Program-made: the position numbers and the translations under genes
The notes under the pieces: generated by a model
Database searches by the model: none
Seen by the model: the letters and a program-made list of their open reading frames with translations, nothing else
What the model was told of the DNA's origin: nothing
In this document: positions 1 to 10,460 of the stretch, piece after piece
Position numbering within the stretch: the first letter of the stretch is position 1
How the letters are laid out: each line of letters starts with the position of its first letter
Source: an uncultured bacterium
GTDB taxonomy: Bacteria > Chloroflexota > UBA5177 > JANWHV01
DNA length: 64,000 nucleotides
Reading direction: 5' to 3'
Assembly: GCA_963729625.1 (NCBI GenBank)
Contig: CAVSOU010000005.1
Location: 1 to 64,000, forward strand

Positions 1-46
1 GGTTCGGCATGTGAGTTAACTTAACTTGTCTTGTCTTGAGCCGGCC

Positions 47-1582
47 TTACCAGCTATAGCGCACACGATAATGCACGAGGCCGTGGCCATCCGCGGCGAG
101 CTTCACAGGAAAGACAACCCGCCGCGCATCAAGTTTCTGCCAATCGCCGCTGGCGCTCACAATGCTCCACCCCGCCCAGCGGAACAGGCCCTCCTGGACC
201 TGCACCTGCACGGCCTCGCTCTTGTGGTTGCGCAGCTCCACCTCGATCTCCTCCTCCATCCAGTGCGCGTTGCTATCCACCGTGAAGGCCACCTGACGCC
301 GCTCGGCCACGATGTCGAAGGCCGAGCCCAGCTTCACCGTCACCGTCTCGTCGCGCGGCGTGTGATCCACGACGTCCTCGCCGATGAACTCCAGCGAACC
401 GTCGGCAGGGTCCAGGCGCGAGACGCGGATACGGCCGGCCGGAAGCGGTAGGCCGAGGCCGGAGGCCTTGTCGTTGCGGAAGCTCAGCAGGCTCTGCACC
501 TTCGCGGCCACCCCTCGGCCCATCGCCCTGTCGGTGAGCGGGCTGTCGGCGGCATAACCCTGCGGGGCCCCCGCATACACATAGAGGCGCTGGGCCGGCA
601 CGCGGCGCGCCGGGTCAAACAGCTCGATCTGCTGCGTGGCGTTGTTGGGCAGTGTCGTCGCGCGACCCAGCGTGTACAGGTGGTACTCATCGAGGGCCTG
701 CTCTGCAAAGCCCGCGCCCTCGCGGCGCGCCTTGTCCAGGGCCATCGTGCCGAACGCCTGCGGCGCGGGCTGCGCACGGTGCACGTCGCCGGCGACAAGT
801 TTCAGGCGTGCATCAACAAAGCTCGCACCGGACTGGTTGATGACACTGACCCAGGCCGTCAGATCCACCGTGCCTGCGGCGGAGCTCGCGCCAGGGGTGA
901 AGGTCAGGTTGTAGTCGGCCCACCAGGTCATTCCACCCGTCTGGTAGGTGACGCGCGCGCGCTGCTCGCCGCCCTTGGCGACGTTCAGCTCCCACACCAG
1001 CGTGGGCCGCGTGATGAGCCCGCCGGGCAGGTCCGCGAAGTGCAGCAGGGTGTAGTCACGCAGCGCCGTGATACCGCCGTCGCTTGCGCGCAGAACCAGA
1101 CCGTCCGCCGAGGACAGCAGCGTGCCGCTGACGCTTGCGCCATTGGCGCGCTCGGCCGTGACCACGTGGTCCACGTATTTCTGCAGCAGCTTGTCGGTGC
1201 TTACGAGGTCGAACTGAAAGTTCTGCGCCAGCACCCGCGTGGCCGGATCCGTCAGGGCCGTAAACGTCACCGTGGTCGGATCGATGAGCGCCGCAACGTC
1301 CGTGAAGTGCAGCGTCGAGCGTCCTGTCTCAAGCTTAAGGCTTCGTTCCTGCTGCACGACCGCGTAGCCGGGAATCGTGCCCGCACTGGCCCCGCTGCGG
1401 CCGGGCAGCGGGCGGTACAGCTCGGGGGAGATCGCACCGGGCCGGGCGGAACTGTAGATCGTGACGGCCGTCTCATCCGCAGCCCGTGCAGCGCCCGCCA
1501 CGGCCGCTAGCGCCGCCAGGACAGGGTAAATCCTGCAACGCGTCAGCCGAAATGACTTATTCAGCGCTCTGTGCATCGACAT
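47..1582 (-). CDS. DUF4139 domain-containing secreted protein
   Basis: Signal-peptide-like N-terminus (LAALAAVAGAARA). Family motifs YQTGGMTWWADY, LKLVAGDVHR, EYHLYTL, GLPLPAGRIRV, FIGEDVVDHTP, LGSAFDI. Start uncertain (ATG 1582 or 1576). Confidence 0.8.
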   Translation of the reverse strand: MSMHRALNKSFRLTRCRIYPVLAALAAVAGAARAADETAVTIYSSARPGAISPELYRPLPGRSGASAGTIPGYAVVQQERSLKLETGRSTLHFTDVAALIDPTTVTFTALTDPATRVLAQNFQFDLVSTDKLLQKYVDHVVTAERANGASVSGTLLSSADGLVLRASDGGITALRDYTLLHFADLPGGLITRPTLVWELNVAKGGEQRARVTYQTGGMTWWADYNLTFTPGASSAAGTVDLTAWVSVINQSGASFVDARLKLVAGDVHRAQPAPQAFGTMALDKARREGAGFAEQALDEYHLYTLGRATTLPNNATQQIELFDPARRVPAQRLYVYAGAPQGYAADSPLTDRAMGRGVAAKVQSLLSFRNDKASGLGLPLPAGRIRVSRLDPADGSLEFIGEDVVDHTPRDETVTVKLGSAFDIVAERRQVAFTVDSNAHWMEEEIEVELRNHKSEAVQVQVQEGLFRWAGWSIVSASGDWQKLDARRVVFPVKLAADGHGLVHYRVRYSW

Positions 1583-1738
1583 GCAAGGGTCTCCGCCGCG
1601 AAGCTGTGGGAATTGTGAGCCACTGCCCGCGCCTGTGCGGGCAGCGATGCACGATACCGCAATGGTGATGCCCCCATGAATGCCCCCAGCAATGCCCACA
1701 GGGTCACGTCATTAAGCGAGCCTGCGGAAGGCCCGCTG

Positions 1739-2434
1739 ATGGATCTGGACTTCATCGCGCGCCACCAGATCGTCGAGCGCTACCTGGCGGGCAGATTGCC
1801 GCTGCGCGGCGCGCAGGACTTCGAGCAGTTCTGCCGACGCCACCCGGAGCTGCTGGATGCGATCGGCCTGAGCAAGCAGGTCAACGCCGCGCTGCGCCTC
1901 ATGGAGGCCGGGGGCAAGCCGGAGCCCTGGGCGAAGTCCAGGCCCCGCTTCTACACCCGGCCGCTGCCGTTCTTCGTGGCCAGCGTCGCAGCCCTGCTGC
2001 TGGCGATCGCGGCGATCGCCCTGTCGATCAACCAGTCGCGCGACCAGCGGGAGCTTGCGGATCTTAAGAAACAGCTCGCCGACCAGCCGCTTCAGCCGAC
2101 CACCAGTACGCGGGAAATCCCGATCGAGCCCAACCGTACGGCGCCGTCGCGCCGCTCGATGGCAACGCTGTTCACGCGCGCCGCGGAGCTGGATGAGCTC
2201 AATGTGGATGTCTCCTGGTCGCGCTACAGTAACTTCCGCGTGCTGATCGACCGCGTGGACCAGGGCCGCTTTGCTGTGCTGGGCAACCTGCAGCGTGACT
2301 CCAACGGAGTGCTGCGCATCGCCTTCAACAGCACGGCGCTGGGACCGGGCGACTACCAGCTCACCGTCGAGGGCCTGGACTGGAAAGGCAACGCCGAGCC
2401 CCAGGGCTGGGTCACGCTGACCGTCGCACACTAG
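1739..2434 (+). CDS. Single-pass membrane hypothetical protein with anti-sigma-like N-terminus
   Basis: Clean GC3-rich ORF. N-terminal IVERYLAGRL..FEQF helix, a TM segment (FFVASVAALLLAIAAIAL), a coiled coil and a beta-rich C-terminal domain. Confidence 0.6.
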   Translation: MDLDFIARHQIVERYLAGRLPLRGAQDFEQFCRRHPELLDAIGLSKQVNAALRLMEAGGKPEPWAKSRPRFYTRPLPFFVASVAALLLAIAAIALSINQSRDQRELADLKKQLADQPLQPTTSTREIPIEPNRTAPSRRSMATLFTRAAELDELNVDVSWSRYSNFRVLIDRVDQGRFAVLGNLQRDSNGVLRIAFNSTALGPGDYQLTVEGLDWKGNAEPQGWVTLTVAH

Positions 2435-2445
2435 CGGCCACTGCC

Positions 2446-4929
2446 CTATCCCTGGCGCAGGATTCCCAGCGGCGCCTGGCGTATCGCGCTGCGTGTTGCC
2501 AGGTAGCCTGCGGCACACACCAGCCCAAGCCCGGTGCCCACGCCCTCAAGCCACAGCAGCGGATCCGGCCGGTAAGGCACGTCCAGCAGGCGCGAGGCCA
2601 CCAGGTACCCGCAGCCGGATGCGATCAGCGCCGCAATCAACCCTGAGAGCAGCCCGATCGCTGCGAACTCCACCAGCACGCCCTGCAGGACTACCGCGCC
2701 GCGCGCCCCCAGCGTGCGCAGCATCGCGCTCTCGTAGCGGCGTTCCTCGCGGCTGGCCTGCACCGCCGCGAGGAGCACCGTAAGACCCGCCAGCAGCGTG
2801 AAGACGAACACGCTCTGCACCGCCAGCACCGCCTTGTCGATGATCGAGCGGACCTGCGCGAGCAGGTCCTCCATGTCAAACACCGAGACACTGGGGAAGC
2901 GGCGCACCAGATCCGCCACGGCACTGGCCTCCCGGGGCTTGTACTGCGCGCTGGTCATGTAGGTGCCCGCGGTCGCATCCAGCAGCCCCGGCGGGAACAT
3001 CAGGAAGAAGTTCGGCTGCAGGCTGTCCCACTTCACGCTGCGAAAGCTCGCGATGCGCACTTCGTGGGTTTCCCCTGCGATGTCGAAGGTCAGACTGTCG
3101 CCCAGCTTAAGGCCCAGCGAGGTCTGGAAGTCCGTCGCCACCGACACCAGCGGCTTGCCGGCATCCGCCGCCGTGAACCAGCGCCCCGCGGTGATCGTGT
3201 TGCCCTCACCCAGCTCCGCCGACCAGCTCAGGTTCTGCTCCCGCTGCGCGAAGCCCTCCCCGCGCGGCCCCTCGAAGTGGCGCGTGAGCACACTCTGCCC
3301 GTTGATCGCGGTCAATCGCGCGCGAATCATGGGCAGCATGCGGGTGATGTGCCCGCCGTGCTGGGTAAGAAAGTCCGTAAAGGCCGCGCGCTCATCAGGC
3401 GGGATGTTGACGAAGAAGTAGTTCGGCGCGGAGAGCGGCAGGCTTGCGCGCCAGCTCGTGATCAGATCGCCGCGGATCACTGCCAGCAGCAGCAGCGCCG
3501 TCAGCCCCAGGCCAAAGGCGATGATCTGCACGACGCTCTCGATGCGCCGGCGGGCAAGGTTCGCAAGGCCGTAGCGCCAGGCGACGCCGACGCGACCCCT
3601 GAGGGCGCCCGTAAGCCGCACCAGCAGAAGTCCCGCGCCGCCCAGCACGACAATGATCATCGAGAGCGCAAGAGAAAACCACAGCGCCAGCCACACGTCG
3701 TCGGTGACCCACAGGATCAGCAGCACGATCGAGACCACTGCGGGCCCGAAGGCCAGGATCACCGCCAGCCGCGGCGGACCGGTGTCACGCCTCAAGATCC
3801 GGATCGCCGGCACCTGCGAGAGCTGCAGGATCGGCGGCAGCGCAAAGCCGATGAGCAGCAGCAACGCGGTCGCAAAGCCCACGCCCAGCGGCGCAAGACC
3901 CGGTGGCGGCAGGTCCGAAGCCAGCAGGCCCTTGAGCGCCCCCAACAGAAAATGTTGCGCCACGTAGCCCAGTACCGAGCCTGCAAGGGTCGCCAGGATC
4001 GCAATGGCCGCCAACTGCGAGAGGCTCATCACCAGAGCAAAGCCCTCCGTGGCGCCCAGCGTCTTCAGCAGCGCCACGATATCCAGATGCCGCTGCACGT
4101 AGCGCCGCGCGGTCATCGCCACCGCCACCGCGCACAGGAGCACCGCTGCAAGGCTCGCCAGCTGCAGGAATTTGGCCGCGCGGGTACTGGCATTGCCGAC
4201 CTCCGGACTGGCCTCGTGAAGGTCCCGCAGCCGCTCGCCGGCCTGCTTGTGCTCGGTAAGCCACTGCGCAAAGCTCACGCTCTGGGCAGCCGCCCCGGCA
4301 AACAGCGCTGCGTAGCTGACCCGGCTGCCGGGCTGGATCAGCTGCGTTCCCGGCAGGTCCGCCTCGTTCATCAGCAGCGACGGCGCGAGGTCCACGAAAC
4401 CGGAACCCTGGTCCGGGCGCGCGGCGAGCACGCGGGTGACCCTCACCTGCAGCGCGCCGATCGTGATCTCATCCCCCACGCGTGCACCCAGTGCCGCCAG
4501 CAGCCGCGAGTCCGGCCACGCCTCGCCGCGCGCGGGGATGCCCTGAATGGGCTGCGGCGTACCGAACGGGGCGTCCGTGACCGTGACCCGGCCACGCAGC
4601 GGATAGCCCTCGGCCACGGCGTAGAGGTTCGCCAGCTGCGTGGCATCGCCGTGCAAGACCACCGACAGCAGCGCGCTCGCGCGCGCTCGCCTAAGACCCC
4701 GCGCCGCGGCCTCCTGCGCGTAACGCTCCGGCAGCGGACGCGGCGGACTGCAGGCGGAGATCGGCGCCCAGAACCTCGCTGGCCTGAAGCGCATCGCGCG
4801 GTTGACCCGGTCGACGAGGAAGCCGACCCCGGTCAGCGCCGAGACGGCCACCACCAGCGCCAGCAGCAGCACCCCAAGCTCCCCGGATCGCCACTCACGG
4901 CGCGAGGATGCGAAGCCCCAGTGCGAGCG

Positions 4930-4936
<7 letters not shown>
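2446..4936 (-). CDS. ybbP: ABC transporter permease, FtsX-like (YbbP type), with small indels near the 5' end
   Basis: REWRSGEL start motif, [29 protein letters not shown], two FtsX-type TM blocks. Follows the ATPase gene. Confidence 0.85.
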
Positions 4937-5602
<666 letters not shown>

Positions 5603-5603
5603 A

Positions 5604-6240
5604 ATGTTGCGATCTCATCTGGATCCTGGTCCTTGGACTCTTGCTGCGCGTGTTCCGCGCGCCCTCGCTGCCGGGCTGCGCGCCCGCGCCCATCTCTCGT
5701 GTTCGGGGACAGCCTCAGCGCAGGCTATGGACTGCAGGCCGGCCAGGGCTGGGTCAGCCTGCTTGAGGAGACTGAAAGAGGAAGGTTACGGGTAGCGCGT
5801 GGTGAACGCCAGCGTCAGCGGCGAGACCACCGCCGGTGGCGCGGGCCGCCTCCCGCGCGCCCTGGCGCAGCACCACCCTGACATCCTGATCCTGGAGCTG
5901 GGCGCCAATGACGGCCTGCGCGGCCTGCCGCTTGGCAGCGCACGCGGCAACCTCTCCGCCATGATCGCGGCATCCCAGAAAACCAGGGCAAGTGTCCTGC
6001 TGGTGGGCGTCAGCTGCCGCCCAACTACGGCCCGACCTATACACAGGGTTTTCGTGAACTTTTCGGGCAGCTCGCCCGCGACCACGGGACCGCGCTCGTG
6101 CCGTTCCTGATGGAGGGCGTGGCGCTCAGGGATCATCGCTGATGCAGGCCGATGGCCTGCATCCCAACGCGGCGGGTCAACCGCTGCTGCTCGACAACGT
6201 CTGGCGCGCACTGAAGCCATTGCTCTCGGCAGTGAGGCGA
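5604..6240 (+). CDS. tesA: Arylesterase / acyl-CoA thioesterase I (SGNH), frameshifted
   Basis: VFGDSLSAGYG, VVNASVSGETT, LELGANDGLRG, MQADGLHPN blocks. Conserved ybbA-tesA arrangement. End approximate. Confidence 0.85.
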
Positions 6241-6262
6241 GCTGCCAGCCCGGGGAACGCGC

Positions 6263-7926
6263 ATGGATAAGATCTGGCTCAAGGAATATCCGCCGGGAAT
6301 GCCCGCCGAGATCGACCCCGATCAGTATTCCTCGCTCAAGGCGCTGGCCGAGGACTGCATGTCCCGTAACGCCACGCGCAATGCCTACGTGCAGATGGGC
6401 ACGTCGATCACCTACGGGGAGCTGGACGAGCCTCTCGGCGCGCTTTGGGGCCTGGCTGCAGCAACAGGGGCTTGAGAAGGGCGAGCGGCTCGCGATCATG
6501 CTGCCGAACCTGCTGCAGTACCCGATCGCCATGTTCGGCGCGCTGCGCGCTGGGCTTGTGGTGGTCAACACCAACCCGCTCTATACCGCGGACGAGCTAC
6601 GCCACCAGCTCATCGACTCCGGCGCCACAGCGATCGTCGATCCTGGAGAACTTCTGCACACGTGTCTGGCGACGTGGTCGATGACAACGGTCAAGCACGT
6701 CATCGTGACCGGCGTTGGGGACATGCTGGGCTTCCCGAAGAGCCTGCTGGTCAACTGCGTACTCCGCTACATCGCAACCAGGTGCCCCGCTGGCGCATCC
6801 CCGGCGCCGTGTCCCTGCGCTCGATCCTCGCGGACGGCGCAGCCGCGCCGCTCACGGAAATCGAGCTCGAGGGTGAGGACCTGGCGTTCCTGCAATACAC
6901 CGGCGGCACCACCGGCATCTCCAAGGGCGCGATGCTCAGCCATCGCAACATGGTCGCCAACGTGCTGCAGTGCCGCGCCTGGCAGAGCAGGTAAGGATCG
7001 AGCATGCCACCTACATCATCGCGCTGCCGCTGTATCACATCTTCTCGCTCACGGCGAACTGCCTGCTGTACATGCTCGGTTGGCGGCTACGGCGTTCTGA
7101 TACCGAACCCGCGCGACTTCCCCGCCTTCGTCAAAGAGCTCATCCGCCATCCACCCAATACCCTCGAACGGCGTCAACACGCTATTCAACGCTCTCATGA
7201 ACGCCCGGGTTTTGACAAGATCGATTTCAGCCACCTGGTGGCCACGGTCGGCGGCGGCATGGCGGTAAAGGCCAGTGTCGCCGAGCGCTGGAAAGCTCAC
7301 CGGCTACCCGCTCACGCAGGGCTGGGGGCTCACCGAAACGTCCCCTGTGGCCGCCGTTGAGAAACTCAACGTCGCGGAGTGCTCAGGTGCCATCGGCCTT
7401 CCGCTGCCCTCCACCGAGATATCCATCCGCGGCGATGACGGGGCAGACCTTGGCATCGACAGCCTCAGGAGAAATCTGCGTGCGCGGACCTCAGGTCATG
7501 CGCGGGTACTGGCGACGCGACGATGAGACCGCCAAGGTCATGCTACCGGACGGCTGGCTGCGAACCGGTGACATCGGCCGCATGGATAGCCGCGGCTACG
7601 TGTTCCTGGAAGATCGCAAGAAGGACATGATCAGCGTGTCCGGCTTCAAGGTCTATCCGAACGAGGTCGAGAGCGTGGCGGTCCGCTGCCCCGGCGTGTT
7701 CGAGGCAGCGGCAGTGGGCGAGCCCAACGAGCACTCCGGCGAAGTCGTCACCCTGTATGTCGTAAGGAAGGATCCGTCCGTCACCGCGGAGGCGATCATC
7801 GCGTTCATGCGTCAATCGCTCACCTCTTACAAGGTCCCCCGCAAGATCTACTTCCGCACGGAACTCCCAAAGACCAACGTTGGCAAGATACTCAGGCGGG
7901 CTTTGCGAGACGGCGACGTTTCCTAG
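6263..7926 (+). CDS. fadD: Long-chain-fatty-acid--CoA ligase, frameshifted
   Basis: [67 protein letters not shown]. Confidence 0.85.
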
Positions 7927-8821
7927 CGACATTTAGCTCGCGGAATGCGTCCCGTGACGCGTAGCCTCCCTTCTGGCGGCGCTCCTTCAACGGTGGGGAG
8001 ATCGGCGCAAATATGTACGCGCCAACCCCGACGTGCACCGCCTTTGCACGTCGTTGAGGATTAACAGCATGCGCAGCCACCCACTCATCGACGGTCGAAA
8101 GTAGGGCCGCGGCGCGTTCCCTAAACTCCTTCAAGAATAACGGAAGAAGCGTTGGGTCTAGGGATACCACGTCTGCGCCCGTGTATAGAGCGGCCTTCCC
8201 GCTCAGCGTGGATTCGTGCACGCTATTCCCAAATTCGGCGATTTGTCGACTAAACGCGCGCAACGCGCGCTCGCGTGAGCCGGCGTCGAGATTGCGACTG
8301 GATAACAGCTTGTACCTGCCGTCCCTAGTTTTCGAGATTGCGCCCATGCGAAGCAATTCCCGCGCTATGGCGGTCGGCGTGATATCCGCTGCGCATTCAT
8401 GCACGAGTGCGGAAAATGAATCGTCGGCTCCATCCAATGGAAGATCCCTTGGAAGACCGTTGCGTTTCCTAAATCTAGCATCTTGACGCCAAGCCGAAAT
8501 TACGCGAAAGGTGGGCTGTTGTTTGGCGTCGCGCGAATATTTCTTCTTTTTTTCGACTTTGCCCGTCAGTACGCTTGCCAAATCCTTGCGACTTAGACCG
8601 GTTGCTGCAGCAATGCGGGAAAGCGTGGGACGATTCCCCTCCAAAGATATTGCGCTCGCGGCAGCCCGTGCGAACTCCGTTTTAGCAAGGAGCAGGAACT
8701 GCTCCACTCCGACTCCACTGTGGAATACTGACCTGGCGACGGGTGACAGCGCTATTGCGCAATCGGTTGAAAACTTGGCTGACAGATCTTCGCTAGCCCG
8801 TGACGAAACTCTATTTTTCAT
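7892..8821 (-). CDS. DUF6502-like protein (paralogue 1, HTH-like motif present)
   Basis: [37 protein letters not shown]...PRDLP, SFSALV, C-terminal VDEW...VGVGAYIF. Overlaps the fadD stop convergently. Confidence 0.75.
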   Translation of the reverse strand: MKNRVSSRASEDLSAKFSTDCAIALSPVARSVFHSGVGVEQFLLLAKTEFARAAASAISLEGNRPTLSRIAAATGLSRKDLASVLTGKVEKKKKYSRDAKQQPTFRVISAWRQDARFRKRNGLPRDLPLDGADDSFSALVHECAADITPTAIARELLRMGAISKTRDGRYKLLSSRNLDAGSRERALRAFSRQIAEFGNSVHESTLSGKAALYTGADVVSLDPTLLPLFLKEFRERAAALLSTVDEWVAAHAVNPQRRAKAVHVGVGAYIFAPISPPLKERRQKGGYASRDAFRELNVARKRRRLAKPA

Positions 8822-8842
8822 TGGCTAGTGCGACTCGACTGT

Positions 8843-9592
8843 CTACATCTCGTCATTAGTGGAACATATTGAGAAAAACCCAGCTCCCGCACGAATCCCT
8901 TTCTCCTTCTTCTTGCCATTGGGTGCCCTGGCCTGCAACCAGTCGTCAACTTCCTTCAAGTGAACAAGACTTCGAGCCCGAAGGAACTCCAAGAAAGGAT
9001 CCACCTCACTCGCGGGCAAATTTCGTCTCTCTGCTATTCTCCAAAATTGGACTGTGGGCGAGCCGTCCAATTGCACCTTGCTGATAATTGAATTGATAGT
9101 AGAAGAGGCGTCCGCCAGAAATCTTAAACTGGGCTCAAACGCGAGCGTCGTTGAGGTACCAACGTGCAGGAATTTCTTCAGGAGCTTTATCCTATTCCCC
9201 GGAAGGCGGCGCACGTTTCCGTATTTCCGGAGTTGATCTGCAACGTCAGCGTAATCCAGATGTGAATCCACGCTCGCGACAAGCGATGCGAATGATCTTT
9301 TCCCACTGATAGGCAGCACTCGCGGATTACCTTCATCGTCGAGATAGTCAGGGTACTTCGTCCAGTTCGCGACTATTTCGCTCAGTGCCTGTGTCGCGCT
9401 AAGAGCCGTGATCTTTACTCGCAAGTCTGCCGTGGCCGCATCCGCCCACTCTGCCGTAAGAATGCTTTTTGCCGTGCGTTCATCAACGCCTGAGGCCGCC
9501 AGAAACTTCGCTATTGGCGCTAACAAACTGCGCGCAAGCTCCGTCTTCGTTGCGGGAGGTATTAGGCGGGTCCTGGATTTGGTACTTGCCAT
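8843..9592 (-). CDS. DUF6502-like protein (paralogue 2, lacks the HTH-like segment)
   Basis: ATG 9592 with AAAGG upstream. LLAPIAKFLAASGV, IVANWTKYPDYLDDEGNPRVLP, SFASLV, VDDWL...AGAGFF align by eye with the other two paralogues. Confidence 0.7.
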   Translation of the reverse strand: MASTKSRTRLIPPATKTELARSLLAPIAKFLAASGVDERTAKSILTAEWADAATADLRVKITALSATQALSEIVANWTKYPDYLDDEGNPRVLPISGKRSFASLVASVDSHLDYADVADQLRKYGNVRRLPGNRIKLLKKFLHVGTSTTLAFEPSLRFLADASSTINSIISKVQLDGSPTVQFWRIAERRNLPASEVDPFLEFLRARSLVHLKEVDDWLQARAPNGKKKEKGIRAGAGFFSICSTNDEM

Positions 9593-9726
9593 GCGTTTCC
9601 GACCTTTCTGTTGGTGCGGCCTCGGAAGGCTAGATTGAAGCTCTGTGGGAGGAATAGAGCAAACGGACAAATTTGGCTGAATCTGATGGAAAGCCAGCTA
9701 GGTATTTGAGTATCAACTGCCCAATA

Positions 9727-9754
9727 GAAAACGGCCGCTCAAGGCGGCCGTTCT
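9727..9754 (-). terminator. Intrinsic terminator after the repeat-protein gene
   Basis: Stem AACGGCCGC/GCGGCCGTT (9730-9738 and 9744-9752), 5-nt loop, followed by TTCTATT on the minus strand. Confidence 0.7.
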
Positions 9755-9796
9755 AAGGTCTGGTCGAAGTACGGTGACTTCGATCCGCTATTGATG

Positions 9797-10279
9797 CTAC
9801 CGAGCCTTAAGGCCCGTTCCTATGCTGCCGGCGGCATGCACACCCGTGCCGATGCTGCCCTGCGCTTTGATTCCGGTGCCGATACTGCCAGCGGCGTGCA
9901 CACCCGTGCCGATACTGCCCTGCGCTTTGATTCCGGTACCGATACTGCCAGCGGCATGCACACCCGTGCCGATACTGCCCTGCGCTTTGATTCCGGTGCC
10001 GATACTGCCAGCGGCATGCACACCCGTGCCGATACTGCCCTGTGCTTTGATTCCGGTGCCGATACTGCCGGCCGCCTTGGACCCAGTCCCAATGCTGCCT
10101 TGCGCCTTAGCGCCAGTTCCGATACTCCCGGCAATTACCGCGTCATGAACGGAAGTTGCACCCGAGACGATGTCTGTGGTCTGGAGATCCGTGCTGTTCT
10201 TAGCATAAGCGGTTGCGGAGATCGCAACTGTCGCAAGCAAGCCGATGGTCAAGTGTTTGAAAACAAAAGCATTCTTCAT
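9797..10279 (-). CDS. Secreted GSIGTG tandem-repeat protein (160 aa; signal peptide + 11 x 10-aa repeats)
   Basis: RBS AGGGGAG before ATG 10279. Sec signal MKNAFVFKHLTIGLLATVAISATAYA. Repeat-unit substitutions are synonymous in this frame. Terminator downstream. Confidence 0.85.
   Translation of the reverse strand: MKNAFVFKHLTIGLLATVAISATAYAKNSTDLQTTDIVSGATSVHDAVIAGSIGTGAKAQGSIGTGSKAAGSIGTGIKAQGSIGTGVHAAGSIGTGIKAQGSIGTGVHAAGSIGTGIKAQGSIGTGVHAAGSIGTGIKAQGSIGTGVHAAGSIGTGLKAR
9800..10129. repeat. Coding tandem repeat: 11 x 30 bp with a higher-order 60-bp unit
   Basis: The 60-nt lines starting at 9841, 9901, 9961 and 10021 are near-identical. Confidence 0.95.
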
Positions 10280-10339
10280 CTCGCTCCCCTTGACGCTAGT
10301 CGAGACATGCACCCTTTTTGGGTCTGCATGCCGGCACGA

Positions 10340-10388
10340 ATATGTTCAAGACATATGTAATGTACCAACGCGGGGATGAATAAGTCAA
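10340..10388 (-). promoter_or_regulatory. Putative sigma70 promoter with overlapping palindromic operator
   Basis: Minus strand TTGACT (10388-10383), N18, TACATT (10364-10359) with a TGn extension. ATATGT-N5-ACATAT at 10340-10356 spans the predicted +1. Confidence 0.5.
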
Positions 10389-10437
10389 AGCCCAAACACC
10401 TCATCGGCTTCGAGCCACGCAGCTAAGGGGGGGGGGA

Positions 10438-10458
10438 TGGTCGTCGGCGCAACGACCA
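10438..10458. other. Short inverted repeat right after the stop of DUF6502 paralogue 3
   Basis: TGGTCGT-N7-ACGACCA next to a G10 run (10427-10436). No U tract. Confidence 0.35.
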
Positions 10459-10460
10459 GT

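Noticed and set aside
9800-10129. CRISPR array
   Set aside because: No unique spacers and no cas genes. Units are contiguous multiples of 3 with synonymous variation, so this is a coding repeat.
9791-10360. Overlapping + strand ORFs (HTRADTALRFDSG and PVPILP repeats) as real genes
   Set aside because: Frames stay open simply because the repeat lacks stops. RBS, signal peptide, terminator and synonymous pattern all favour the minus-strand GSIGTG frame.
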